A DNA stretch of 64,000 nucleotides from Betaproteobacteria bacterium (GCA_039931685.1 JBDTRK010000004.1:426-64425), one strand, 5' to 3'; positions 19,901 through 28,218 are shown, numbered from the stretch's first letter. Numbers and translations: made by a program. The notes: generated by a model from the letters alone, not told the origin.

Positions 19901-22615
19901 GGCCTGGGCGAAGTTGTGTCCGGTCGAACGCGTTGCCACCGCGAGATGGCGCCCCAACGGAGCGCCGACCGGTCTGATGGCAAACTCCAGCACCGAGGCC
20001 ATCGCGGCGGGAAACATGAGAATCGCCAACACCGACACTGTCCAGAACCAGGCCGGCGCCAACACCGTCCAGCCAGCGAGCAGCAGCAACACCGACGCCG
20101 CGGGCACGACACTACGCCGCAGGTTGTCGAAGATTTTCCATTGCGACAGGTACGACAGCGGGTTGGCGTGACGCCGCGTTGCGAGGGTGCCGCTGTCGGG
20201 AACGCGCGCGCGCAACCACTGGGCAATTTGCCAATCGCCGCGAATCCAGCGGCTGCGGCGGTTCACGTCCGCGATGTACCGGGACGGATATTCCTCGTAC
20301 AACTGCACGTCGCTCAGCAGTCCCGAGCGCGCATAACACCCTTCGAGCAGGTCGTGGCTGAGAATCTGGTTGTCGGGAAAGCGGTCCTTGAGGCAGCGCT
20401 CAAAGGCATCGACGTCGTAGATCCCCTTGCCGATGAACGAACCTTCGCCGAACAAGTCCTGGTAAACATCGGACACCGTGCGGGTATACGGGTCGATGCC
20501 CGGCTCGCTCCCGCACAGCCGTGCATAGCCCGACTGGCTGACACTGGGAAGACTGACGGCCAGGCGCGGCTGCAGGATGGCATAGCCCTCGGTTACGCGC
20601 TGCCGGCCCGCGTCATAGTGCGCGCGATTCAGCGGATGCGCCATGGCCGACACCAGTTGCCGCGCCGCGCCGCGCGGCAGTTGCGTATCGGTGTCGAGGG
20701 TGATGACGTATCTGACGTCCGCCAGTACACGTGTCTCGCCGACGACAAATGCGAAAAGATCTTTCGCGCCGCCACGCAGCAGTGCATTCAATGCCGCCAG
20801 CTTGCCCCGCTTGCGCTCGTAGCCCATCCAGCAGTGCTCCCGGGCGTTCCACAGGCGCGCGCGGTGGAACAGGAAAAAGCTGTCGTGGCCGTATTTGCGG
20901 TTCAAGTCCTCGACTCCGGTCCGGGCGAGAAGAGCGAGGGACGCATCGTCGGCAAGGGTCTCCCGGTCGGCGTCCCGATAGTCGGTGAGCAAGCCGAAAT
21001 GCAGGTTTTCGTCGCGATTGGCGAGATAGCGCACTTCAAGCGCTTCGATCAGATCCTCGATGTCGGCCGCACTGGTCAGCATGGCCGGGACCACAGCCAG
21101 CGTCCGAAATTGGTGTGGAATCCCTTCGGAGAAATCCAGTTTCGGTAGCGGGTACGGCGCCGCCAGGCTAGCGGCGACCCGGTTGACCAGCGTCACGGCC
21201 AGTTGGCTGGTGGCGATCAGCGCCAGTAAGCCGACCAGTGCCATCAGCATGGCTGGCACGGCGCCGGCTTGCGCGACGGCCATCAAACTCGCAGTCAACA
21301 TGGCGGACGTTAGCGCTATCGCGCCCAGGTACAGAAGTAACGGACACCTGCCGCCGGTTCTCAGCAAGCGTTCGACAACGGATAGCCGGACTTGCACCGC
21401 TCGCTCGAGCCGCGGCGTGCCCTTGTCGATCAGATAGTAGCCGACGTGCGTTGCGCGGGCATCAGCGTCGCCATCCGGAGCATGGCCGGCGCGCGCCTCG
21501 CGCCCCAGCCGGATCGCCTGGCGCGCCACATCGCCTTCAGACTGGCGGCTCTCTTTCGCCATCCGCTCGACCACGTGGCGGTAACGGTCGCGGGTGGCGA
21601 AATCCATCGTGCCGTACACCGCGTCCTGCCGCAGTTCGCGCTCGACGATCCCCATCGTCTCGACGAACTCGCGCCAATCCATTGCTTCCAGGAAACGCAG
21701 ACTGCCGATGCTGTTGCTCATCGACACCTGGTCGGCGGCTTGTTCCTGGGTTTCCGAATGCACCAACTGCTCGATGGTCAAGCCCGATTCGGACAACCGC
21801 TGCTCGATCCAGGTGAGCGGCAACGCCAACGCGCGGCTTTGCCCCTGCAGCCGGCGGACCAGCTCCGCGACGAACGAACTCACCATCGGCGGGTTGGAGC
21901 GGGCCATATCCGCGGTCAGCAGAATCAGGCTCTTCGGATCGTGCTCGGCGAGCTCCATCATCTGGTCCGCCCAGCGGCCAGCGCGGTTGCGCTCGTTCGT
22001 GCCGGCGGCAATCCGGGTCGCAACACGGCGCAGGTTTTCGATCAGCGCCAGGCGCAGCATGATCGGGATGGCCCACAATTCGCCCAGCTTCAGCGGAGTG
22101 ATCGTCTGGTAGGCGGTCACGAAACGTCGCAGGCTCTCCGGGTCCACCCGGCCATCGCCGTGGGAAATGGCCTCCAGCGCGATGTCATAGGCGCGGGGCA
22201 ATCCGGCAGACGGGCCATTCAGCAAGCGGGGCAGTTCGAGGCTGTAGGCCTTGGGCAGGTGTCGCTTGGCGGTGAGGACCTGCTCTTCGATCAGATAGAA
22301 ATTATCGAGCAGCCATTCCCCCGCCGGCGCAATGCTGCGGTTGGCGTCGAGCGCTGCCTTGATCAGGCTGCCCGTCTCGATCAGGACGCTTTCGTTGTCG
22401 GCAAGCCGCGCCAGAAGCCGGTCGCGCCTGCGGCGCGGACTCAGTTTGTGCCTGGCCGCCAGGATGCAGCCATGGCTTTCCATCTGGTCGGCGCTGAACA
22501 ACTCCGCGCGCAGCGGTGTCTCGGCGGTGGAATTGGCCAGGCCGGGCACGCGCCAGAGTTCCCACCAGCGCGTACGCTCCGATTGCATCAATTGCATCAA
22601 TTGCATCAATTGCAT
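13931..22615 (-). CDS. ndvB: cyclic beta-1,2-glucan synthase (NdvB/ChvB/Cgs type: N-terminal membrane region + GT84-like transferase + C-terminal GH94-like glucan phosphorylase)
   Basis: Single ~2,890-aa ORF. The N-terminus (LRAELFSADQMESHGCILAARH) is followed by TM segments, a glycosyltransferase core (VITLDTDTQLPRGAA...RWIRGDWQ) and a large C-terminal (alpha/alpha)6-type phosphorylase region ending in a conserved block (GGWTWYTGSAGWMYR). The start is ambiguous: TTG at 22621, or one of four ATGs at 22615, 22606, 22597 and 22588. Confidence 0.93.
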   Translation of the reverse strand: MQLMQLMQLMQSERTRWWELWRVPGLANSTAETPLRAELFSADQMESHGCILAARHKLSPRRRRDRLLARLADNESVLIETGSLIKAALDANRSIAPAGEWLLDNFYLIEEQVLTAKRHLPKAYSLELPRLLNGPSAGLPRAYDIALEAISHGDGRVDPESLRRFVTAYQTITPLKLGELWAIPIMLRLALIENLRRVATRIAAGTNERNRAGRWADQMMELAEHDPKSLILLTADMARSNPPMVSSFVAELVRRLQGQSRALALPLTWIEQRLSESGLTIEQLVHSETQEQAADQVSMSNSIGSLRFLEAMDWREFVETMGIVERELRQDAVYGTMDFATRDRYRHVVERMAKESRQSEGDVARQAIRLGREARAGHAPDGDADARATHVGYYLIDKGTPRLERAVQVRLSVVERLLRTGGRCPLLLYLGAIALTSAMLTASLMAVAQAGAVPAMLMALVGLLALIATSQLAVTLVNRVAASLAAPYPLPKLDFSEGIPHQFRTLAVVPAMLTSAADIEDLIEALEVRYLANRDENLHFGLLTDYRDADRETLADDASLALLARTGVEDLNRKYGHDSFFLFHRARLWNAREHCWMGYERKRGKLAALNALLRGGAKDLFAFVVGETRVLADVRYVITLDTDTQLPRGAARQLVSAMAHPLNRAHYDAGRQRVTEGYAILQPRLAVSLPSVSQSGYARLCGSEPGIDPYTRTVSDVYQDLFGEGSFIGKGIYDVDAFERCLKDRFPDNQILSHDLLEGCYARSGLLSDVQLYEEYPSRYIADVNRRSRWIRGDWQIAQWLRARVPDSGTLATRRHANPLSYLSQWKIFDNLRRSVVPAASVLLLLAGWTVLAPAWFWTVSVLAILMFPAAMASVLEFAIRPVGAPLGRHLAVATRSTGHNFAQAAFALACLPYEAFYSVLAIGRTMVRVLVTRTGLLEWTASSEQNRGRAQGRSELAASYRSMWFAPVIACVTAIELGAYNPAALAVAGPVLMLWFASPAIAWWLGQPRARREPRLTSLDTAFLRKLARKTWVFFERFVGPEDHWLPPDNYQEHPAAVLAHRTSPTNIGFSLLASLSAYDFGYITAGRLIERTANTLRTMQMLERFQGHFYNWYDTSSLKPLAPLYVSSVDSGNLAGYLLTLRAGLLALCDARILAPRWFEGLSDTSSLLNDVLSGNDSVPDLQFAPTTLQSARTLVEKLASRAAQIAAADGASAPAAQDWAQALERQSRDALDEIALFFPGTARALPESGGIPTLRELATRDDETGRRAQARIGQIEELARQAGEFADMEYDFLYDHARRLLAIGYNVTEGRRDSSDYDLLASEARFSSFVAIAQGKLPEESWFALGRMLTSTGGEPALLSWSGSMFEYLMPLLVMPGYEDTLLDQTCRAAVQRQIAYGNQRGVPWGMSESGYNLVDTGLNYQYRAFGVPGLGLKRGLTEDLVIAPYASALALMVSPEAACENLLRLAAAGFEGKYGFYEAIDYTPSRLPRGQSSAVVRSFMSHHQGMILLALGRLILDSPMQKRFASEPLFQATMLLLQERIPKPAVFHSSTAGLFDIHARSTGPEMPVRVIASPDTAIPEVQLLSNGSYHVMVTNAGGGYSRWKDIAVTRWREDTTCDNWGAFCYLRDVASGEFWSNAHQPTLKRADAYEAIFSEGRAEFRRRDHNIETYTEIVVSPEDDIELRRIRITNRSNSRRTLDITSYAEVVLAPAAADALHPAFSNLFVQTEILRDRQAILCTRRPRSVDEHMPSMFHLMAVHGAETGEVSYETDRMQFIGRARTTESPQAMTRAGALSGSEGSVLDPIVAIRHRITLDAGQAATIDVVSGIGETHAAALALVGKYRDRHLADRVFDLAWTHGWVNLRQINGTESDAQLYGRLAGSIIYANASLRADAAVLTSNRRGQSGLWGYAISGDLPIVLLQIGDSANIELVRQLVQAHAYWRLKGLAVDLVIWNEDHAGYRQLLQEQIMGLIAAGMTANLSDRPGGIFVRVAEQISSEDRTLFQTVARAIITDARGSLSDQISRRRSKERREASIPDLLPPRIRSGSKDRRVVSMPRLVPTRIRGVDATATMVLPRSDLLFFNGFGGFSADGREYVITTAPGQPTPAPWVNVIANAQFGTVISESGAAYTWSENAHEFRFTPWGDDPVSDSTGEALYIRDEESGYFWSPTPLPCAGSTPYVIRHGFGYSLFQHDEEGISSDLVVYVDAEAAVKFSVLKIRNNSGRPRRLSATGYVEWVLGDLRPKSAMHVVTEIDPSSGALCARNPYSPEFADRVAFFDANDATRTANVTFSGDRREFVGRNGTLRNPLAMGRSKLSNKVGAGLDPCAAIQVPFELEDGQEREIVFRLGAAGRQGSDDAGGLVQRLRGPEAARKSLETIRQFWIGALSVVQVQTPDPSLDVLCNGWLLYQTLACRFWARSGYYQSGGAFGFRDQLQDTMALVHAEPRLAREHLLRCAAHQFSEGDVLHWWHPPAGRGVRTHCSDDFLWLPEAVCRYVLNSGDASVLNESIHFIEGRPVNPEDDSYYDLPVRSRDSATLYQHCVRAIEKGLSFGVHGLPLMGSGDWNDGMNLVGMQGKGESVWLGFFLYRVLMQFAPLARTHGDSAFSERCQTQAAQLRANIEEHAWDGNWYRRAYFDDGTPLGSAANTECQIDSIAQSWSVLSGAGEPEHVRLAMNSLDQRLVRRDHRLIQLLDPPFDKSPLNPGYIKGYVPGVRENGGQYTHAAIWAVMAFAELGDNARAWELFNLINPVNHANSAKAIATYKVEPYVVAADVYAVSPHTGRGGWTWYTGSAGWMYRLILESLLGLRREAGTLRFAPCLPADWAGFTLRYLHGQTVYRIAVVNARDGTGPTRVTVDGVEQRDQAIALVDDHREHTVEVRIHPTPALGA
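22581..22615 (-). repeat. 9-bp tandem repeat (ATGCAATTG x ~3.9) at the 5' end of the glucan synthase gene
   Basis: Plus strand reads gattgcatc aattgcatc aattgcatc aattgcat. The coding strand reads ATG CAA TTG ATG CAA TTG ATG CAA TTG ATG CAA, giving MQLMQLMQLMQ. Confidence 0.95.
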
Positions 22616-22821
22616 GGGCAAGCGGGATCGCCCCGTGAAAACCAGTGAATGAAAAAAACTGCAACGCGGCAGTTGCGGCTATCGGGCGCACAGACTTCGG
22701 CGCTGGCCCGGCGAGCTCGAACAGCCCGTGCCATGATGCCGTTGTCGCGCATTTCGCTCTGTGCACTATCGAACATACGGCACGCGCGTTTGTATTTTCG
22801 GGCCGGGCGATTTGCACCCGC

Positions 22822-22852
22822 AAAAAAAGGACCCGGGTTTCGGGTCCTTTTT
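22822..22852. terminator. bidirectional rho-independent terminator
   Basis: aaaaaaa-GGACCCG-ggttt-CGGGTCC-ttttt. A 7-bp GC-rich stem is flanked by an A-run and a T-run, about 70 nt downstream of the stop of the minus-strand gene 22925..23773. Confidence 0.75.
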
Positions 22853-22924
22853 AATTGCTGCGGGTAAGGGTCCTACCGTATTGCAATCAGGCTGGTTGCG
22901 CCTTGATCGCGCATGCGGCGTAAC

Positions 22925-23773
22925 TTACGAACCCGGCCGCGTTACCGTATTGCCATCGAGCGTCACGTTGGTTCCGGTAAAGAATCGGCCATTGGCCGAC
23001 GCGCCCGTGCCCAGTGTGACCGCTGATCCAGTAATGATGATGCCCTCAAAATGCGCGGTCGTGCCGATGGCCGCGCCAGCGCCACCGCCAATTTGCCAGA
23101 ACACGTTCTTGGCCAGTGCACCGCCGGTCAGGATCACATTCGTAGCGGCGGCCTGGGTCAGATTTCCGGAAATCTGGAAGATCCAGACATCCGTTGCGCT
23201 GCCGTTGAGGGTGAGATCCGATGCGATGCTCACGTCCGTGCCCCAGGTGTAGGTGCCGGCCGGGAGGGTTTCACTGCCGATGGTTCCGGCGCCGTGATTC
23301 AGGTTGGCACCCGTTCCTGCAGGACGTCCAGCCGCATCGCCATATGCGGCGATCGAATCGTTTACGGCCGTGGTCAGGTCGGCAGGGGTGGGCGCCGTAT
23401 AGTCAGATGCGTACATCTTGCCGGTGACTTGCGAAGACGTCGCAAAGGTATTGGACGCGTCCATCGTTTCTGAAAATCCCGTTGTCGCGGTGCTGGCGAT
23501 GGGACTCGTGCCGATGTTACCGGTCACTGTGGAGGTTGAAATGTTGGTGGTTCCCGCCTGCGCAAGAATCACGAAAGTCCCGGCGCTATTGAGGTTCACG
23601 CAAGCCGGGTTCGTCGTATCGCAAACCGCCCCTGCCGCGCTTACCGGCGTCGGGCCGGGGCTGGCTGCCGGAGCGCCATCGCCACCACCGCCGCCGCAAC
23701 CGGCCACGAAGCCGGTCAGCACAAACGCAATCAACCACGTCAGTCGCCTTGTAGTGCTCTCGAATCTGTTCAT
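22925..23773 (-). CDS. ice-binding-like (DUF3494) family lipoprotein
   Basis: Lipoprotein signal (LIAFVLTGFVAGC) followed by a Gly-rich linker. DUF3494 hallmarks: AGTFVILAQAGTTNISTSTVTGNIGTSPIASTATTGF and the C-terminal GASANGRFFTGTNVTLDGNTVT. Thr/Gly/Ala-rich beta-solenoid-like composition. Confidence 0.8.
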   Translation of the reverse strand: MNRFESTTRRLTWLIAFVLTGFVAGCGGGGGDGAPAASPGPTPVSAAGAVCDTTNPACVNLNSAGTFVILAQAGTTNISTSTVTGNIGTSPIASTATTGFSETMDASNTFATSSQVTGKMYASDYTAPTPADLTTAVNDSIAAYGDAAGRPAGTGANLNHGAGTIGSETLPAGTYTWGTDVSIASDLTLNGSATDVWIFQISGNLTQAAATNVILTGGALAKNVFWQIGGGAGAAIGTTAHFEGIIITGSAVTLGTGASANGRFFTGTNVTLDGNTVTRPGS

Positions 23774-24264
23774 TTGATTTCCTTCCTAAGTGTGCGCGTC
23801 GTTCTTGGCCATTGCCGCTGAACGGACCAGCGCTGCCCCGGTAAATCACTATCAGTTAAAGATGGAGCCGGAACGCGGGCGAACGATGCTTGCGCGTCAT
23901 CGTCCACGATCCGACTTGGGAAGCAGACTAATCGCGGGACATTTATCAAGCGTTTCCAGGATTGATCCGATCGGACTATGCGTGCCGGACCGCGTCCGCT
24001 GGCGCCGACTGAGCGCGAGCCGAATGCCCATGCCTACAGCCCGCCATGTACTCCGGGTGGCGTGACAGATGAGAAATCATCAGGGGTATCGCCAGGGATC
24101 GTCTTATGTGATGCACCGTACCGACTGCGCCCGGTGTGCAGGCGAAAATGGTCCTACGGTTGCGGCAAGACATCCCGATTGCTTGCGCTACAGGCCGCCT
24201 TCGGTCAACGCAATATTGGCGTCAGCGACAAATTCGAGACCGCGCCCGGCAAAAGGAAATCAGC

Positions 24265-24378
24265 ATGCAAACCTTCATTAATAAGTCCTCCTACCCGTTG
24301 CTGTGGATTACGGGTGTCGCGGTAGCGTGGTTCTGCGCGATCGGCGTCGGCGCCTTCCTCGGGTGGATCCCGCTGTAG
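24265..24378 (+). CDS. possible 37-aa membrane peptide
   Basis: ATG preceded by AAAAGGAAA. The product MQTFINKSSYPLLWITGVAVAWFCAIGVGAFLGWIPL has one TM helix. There is no family assignment. Confidence 0.35.
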   Translation: MQTFINKSSYPLLWITGVAVAWFCAIGVGAFLGWIPL

Positions 24379-24455
24379 ATCGGCAGGACCGGCCTGTCAT
24401 GAGGAGCACATGTCGGGGGGGACTGAATTTTACTATTGACCCGGAGAGTTCAGCC

Positions 24456-24722
24456 ATGAAACCAGCTGGCCATTTTTGTTCCGCGCTTCTGGCAATTGTC
24501 GTATCGCTGTCCTGCGTCGGTTGCGCATCGAATGCAAAGAAGGAAGGGATGCGGAATTATTTCGACGACGGCATCGTCCCCCTCAAGGTCAAGTTGGCCT
24601 ATATCAATGGCCCGACCTTGCAATGGGCCTGCGCCGGGATCGAAACCTTCGATTGGGCCGATGCGGGCGCGCATGCCCGCCTTGACCGCGATACGTCAAG
24701 CCAACTGCCCGGGCTCGGCTAG
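24456..24722 (+). CDS. possible small lipoprotein
   Basis: MKPAGHFCSALLAIVVSLSCVGCASN looks like a lipoprotein signal, with GGAG upstream. Its 3' end overlaps the convergent hybrid kinase gene by 4 nt. Weak call. Confidence 0.35.
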   Translation: MKPAGHFCSALLAIVVSLSCVGCASNAKKEGMRNYFDDGIVPLKVKLAYINGPTLQWACAGIETFDWADAGAHARLDRDTSSQLPGLG

Positions 24723-27253
24723 CCTTCGAGCCACATCCGCATCACGGACAGCAGTTGCTCCACGTTGACCGGTTTGGCGATGTAGTCGGTGGCGCCCGCT
24801 TCCATGCACTTCTCGCGGTCGCCGGTCATCGCCTTGGCACTGACCCCGATGATCGGGATGTTCCTGAATTGCTCCATTGCCCGGATGATGCGTATGGTCT
24901 GATACCCGTCCTGTTCCGGCATCATCATGTCCATCAGGATGACGTCAACATCGGGGTTGGCCTTGAGCATCGCGATGCCATTGACGCTGCTTTCCGCATT
25001 GAACACCAGCATGCCCTCTTGTTCCAAGGCGCTGGTGAGCGCGAAGATGTTGCGGATATCGTCGTCCACGACCAGCACCTTGCGGCCAGTCAACGCTGCC
25101 ACAAGTTCCCTTGGACTCGAGTGCGGCCGGCGGTGCCCCGGAGGCATTTCCTTCATCGCCTGTTGCAGGCTCAGCCGCGTTGCTTCGAGCACCGCCTCGG
25201 CGGACGGCACCTGTTTCAGCCACATAAGATCGGCAAACTCCTGACTTTTGCCGTGATCGGCGGCGTCGTCGCGACCGGACGCCGGGCGAATCACGATGAA
25301 TGCCTGCTCGGTGGATTCCGTTTGCGCAATTTCGCGGACCAGGTCAGTCGGTGACATGTCGGCGAGGCTCTGGCCAATCATCGTGCAATCGATGCTCGCC
25401 TTGCGCAGAACCTTGAGCACCTGTTTGCCCGTGCCCACGCCGGTGACCTTCAGTCCATCGCTGGTCATCGCCGCAACCATTGCTTCGCGCTCGGCTTTGC
25501 TTTCGGCAGCCACAAGCAGGTTCGTAGGCTGATGGCTCATGACACCGCCGAGCGTGCGCAAAGCCTCGCGCATGGCATCCTCCAGCGATGGCCTGCTCAC
25601 GGATCCAAGCGCGCACAGGCAAGCATAGGTTTGTTTGCGATCGTCGATGCTAAGAACGTTGACGGGAATATGCCGGGTGTCCGGATCCTGCTTCAGCAGC
25701 TTGAAGATGGCCCAGCCGCCCGTGGCCTTGCCGTTGACATAAACGGTGACGACGTTGGGCATGTATTCGTTCGCGAGGGCGAGCGCGGTATGGACATTGG
25801 GTGCGCTCAATGCCCGGAAACCCAGCTCCCGAACCTGGCGCAGCAGCCTTGCGCCAAACTTCTCGTCGTCTACGACATTGAGCACGACACGGTCTCCGGG
25901 CCGGATTCTGTCGCGATCGTCGCGTCGATCCGCTGCTTCAACAACCGGGAGGGTCGGGGAAAGATCTCCACCCGCCGTCTCGCCTCGCACCTGCGGATGC
26001 ACGTCCGGCTCCTTCGATTCCACGCCTGCGTCATGCCTGTAACTGAGCGGGAGATAAAGTGTAAAGGTGCTGCCATTGCCGAGGCTGCTTTGAACCCGGA
26101 TTTCGCCGCCGAGCAAACGTGCCAGTTCGGTACTGATCGACAGTCCCAGGCCCGTGCCTTCGAACATGCGGCTGGTTGTTCCGTCGGCCTGGCGAAACGC
26201 TTCGAAGATGATTTTCTGTTTGTCCTCGCGGATGCCAATGCCGGTGTCGACGACCGAAAATGCGACAACCTGTTCCGAATCGTCGAGGCTGCCGCGCCCC
26301 CGCGTCCAGCCGCTGCCGGCGACCGAGATTGCCAATGACACCGCGCCTTGCAAAGTGAACTTGAACGCATTGGACAGCAGGTTCTGGATGATCTGTCGCA
26401 ACCGTTTCGTGTCCGTCAGGATCGTGGCTGGCAGTGCCTTGTCCAGCGTAATGCCGAACTCCAGGCCCTTGTCGTGCGCTACCTGCCGGAATACGCGCTC
26501 CACGTAGTCCCGCAGCTCGGCAAGGCCCTCGTTGGTGATGCTCAGCGTGACCGTGCCGGATTCAACCTTGGACAGGTCAAGAACGTCGTTGATCAAGGCC
26601 AGCAGGTCGTTGCCCGATACGCAGATGGTTTGTGCAAATTCGACCTGTTTCGGCGTGAGATTGCCGGACGCGTTCTCGGCCAGCAGTTGCGCCAGGATGA
26701 GCAAGCTGTTCAGCGGTGTCCTGAGCTCGTGGGACATGTTGGCAAGAAACTCGGACTTGTACCGCGAGTTCAGCGCCAATTGTTCCGCTTTACGTTCGAG
26801 CGCGATGCTGGCTGCCTCGATCTGCCCGTTCTTGTACTCGACCCGCTTCACCTGTTCGGAGAGGCGCCTGGCCGTCTCCTGCAACTTTTCATTGGTACGC
26901 TGAAGATCTTCGCGCTGTTTCCCGGAAAGTGGGTCGGACGATGGCCGAACGAGGTCGCCAATCAGGGCATTGATCGAGTTCATGCATTCGGCCCAGGACC
27001 CGGTCGCCCCGTTTATGCTCGCCCGCCGGTCGATCTGTCCCTTCCTGCCGACCTGGTCGCGCAGCCTGGCCAGTTCAGCCGCCATGGCTACATTCATTTC
27101 TGCAATTTCGTTGAATAACGCGGCGATCCCGCCGTCCGATTCACCGGGATCGACGGACATGCGAAAGTCGAAATCGCCCATCTTGAGCGCCCGCAGCGCC
27201 CTGAGGATTTCCGTAGTACCGTGCATCCGCCGCTTGATCTGCGGATTGGTCAT
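24719..27253 (-). CDS. soluble hybrid histidine kinase (HAMP-like N-terminus, HisKA, HATPase_c, two degenerate receiver-like modules, C-terminal receiver)
   Basis: H-box FLANMSHELRTPLNSL; HATPase boxes (NLLSNAFKFT, VDTGIGI, GTGLGLSI). The terminal receiver is VLVVDDDIRNIF...VILMDMMMPEQDGYQT...AKP. I saw no TM segment. Confidence 0.9.
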   Translation of the reverse strand: MTNPQIKRRMHGTTEILRALRALKMGDFDFRMSVDPGESDGGIAALFNEIAEMNVAMAAELARLRDQVGRKGQIDRRASINGATGSWAECMNSINALIGDLVRPSSDPLSGKQREDLQRTNEKLQETARRLSEQVKRVEYKNGQIEAASIALERKAEQLALNSRYKSEFLANMSHELRTPLNSLLILAQLLAENASGNLTPKQVEFAQTICVSGNDLLALINDVLDLSKVESGTVTLSITNEGLAELRDYVERVFRQVAHDKGLEFGITLDKALPATILTDTKRLRQIIQNLLSNAFKFTLQGAVSLAISVAGSGWTRGRGSLDDSEQVVAFSVVDTGIGIREDKQKIIFEAFRQADGTTSRMFEGTGLGLSISTELARLLGGEIRVQSSLGNGSTFTLYLPLSYRHDAGVESKEPDVHPQVRGETAGGDLSPTLPVVEAADRRDDRDRIRPGDRVVLNVVDDEKFGARLLRQVRELGFRALSAPNVHTALALANEYMPNVVTVYVNGKATGGWAIFKLLKQDPDTRHIPVNVLSIDDRKQTYACLCALGSVSRPSLEDAMREALRTLGGVMSHQPTNLLVAAESKAEREAMVAAMTSDGLKVTGVGTGKQVLKVLRKASIDCTMIGQSLADMSPTDLVREIAQTESTEQAFIVIRPASGRDDAADHGKSQEFADLMWLKQVPSAEAVLEATRLSLQQAMKEMPPGHRRPHSSPRELVAALTGRKVLVVDDDIRNIFALTSALEQEGMLVFNAESSVNGIAMLKANPDVDVILMDMMMPEQDGYQTIRIIRAMEQFRNIPIIGVSAKAMTGDREKCMEAGATDYIAKPVNVEQLLSVMRMWLEG

Positions 27254-27361
27254 TGCGGCCTCCCGGTATGGGTTTTGTTTTTCCGCGAAAACCGCGAAGT
27301 CAACCCTGTCCGCCCACTATGGGCTGTTGGCAGCGGCACAAGACTCGGGGCTCCGCGACGA

Positions 27362-27748
27362 TCAGGGATGCTGGTGCTGGCTGGCGGACTCCCGGAGTAG
27401 ATTCTTGAGTACGGCCATGACTTCTTCGATTTCGCTCGACTTGTCGAAAAAATAATCAGCTCCGTAACTGAGGCATTTCTCCCGGTTTTCGGGCGTCGGA
27501 AAGTTCGTCAGCATGATGATCTTCGGCGGCCGCGGATACTTCATGACGTCCTCGATCAGGTCAATGCCGCTGCGCTGCGGCATCCGCACATCGACGATCG
27601 CCACGTCGGGTTCAAGTTTTTTTACCAGGTCGGCAGCGTCATAGGCATTGTCCGCCTGAGCGACGATTTCGATGCCCTCGACCTCGGTGAGAAGCTCCGC
27701 GAGCCGCACCCGAATGAGTGCCGAATCATCCACAATCAGGACTTTCAT
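27362..27748 (-). CDS. single-domain CheY-like response regulator
   Basis: MKVLIVDDSALIRVRL...VAIVDVRMPQRSGIDL...IIMLTNF...FDKS. Confidence 0.9.
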   Translation of the reverse strand: MKVLIVDDSALIRVRLAELLTEVEGIEIVAQADNAYDAADLVKKLEPDVAIVDVRMPQRSGIDLIEDVMKYPRPPKIIMLTNFPTPENREKCLSYGADYFFDKSSEIEEVMAVLKNLLRESASQHQHP

Positions 27749-28218
27749 GAACGCCTGGCGATCTGCAGCGCGATCATTCGGAAATATCCTGCGGCTCGCC
27801 AGGTGGTCATCGCTTGGTCCGGTGTGAGCGAGCTTTCAGGAAATTTCAGTCTCCGCGACAGCCTGTGGCAATCCCTCCGGGATCGAGTCATCGCGATATC
27901 GCTCCCAAAACGTGGCCGACGGCAACAGGGCTGAAAAACGCAAGCGAGTCCGACTGGAGTAAACCCCCGCACATGGCTGGCCTGCAGGCTTCGAAACGCA
28001 AATCCATCGGTTATCTTGTCTCAAATACTCCGACGTTTATCCGGGTATCAGACTAGCCTACATATGCGACCGCCCGCTATCCAAAAGCATTGATTTTCCC
28101 GCTGGGGAAGCACTGATTTTGTCGTAGCGAAACGGCTACACGCGTGAAGCAAAATCCTACCGGGCGATTGCGGACCGGAAAGAAAGCGCAAGGGGGAGAA
28201 GCGTAAAGACCGGCGCGG

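Noticed and set aside
22581-22615. Whether the 9-bp repeat (and the 12-bp repeat at 31129-31184) could be a CRISPR array or a set of FNR/Crp boxes.
   Set aside because: The units are directly adjacent with no spacers and far too short for CRISPR. The TTGAT half-sites on the coding strand are direct, not inverted, so they do not form a TTGAT-N4-ATCAA box.
14432-22648. Very long plus-strand ORFs (14432..16660 at 742 aa, 16730..19093 at 787 aa, 19286..21148 at 620 aa, 21392..22648 at 418 aa) opposite the glucan synthase gene.
   Set aside because: They are antisense shadow ORFs of the kind common in high-G+C DNA. Their translations are Arg/Ala/Gly/His/Pro-rich with no motifs. The minus-strand frame encodes one continuous, motif-rich 2,890-aa protein.
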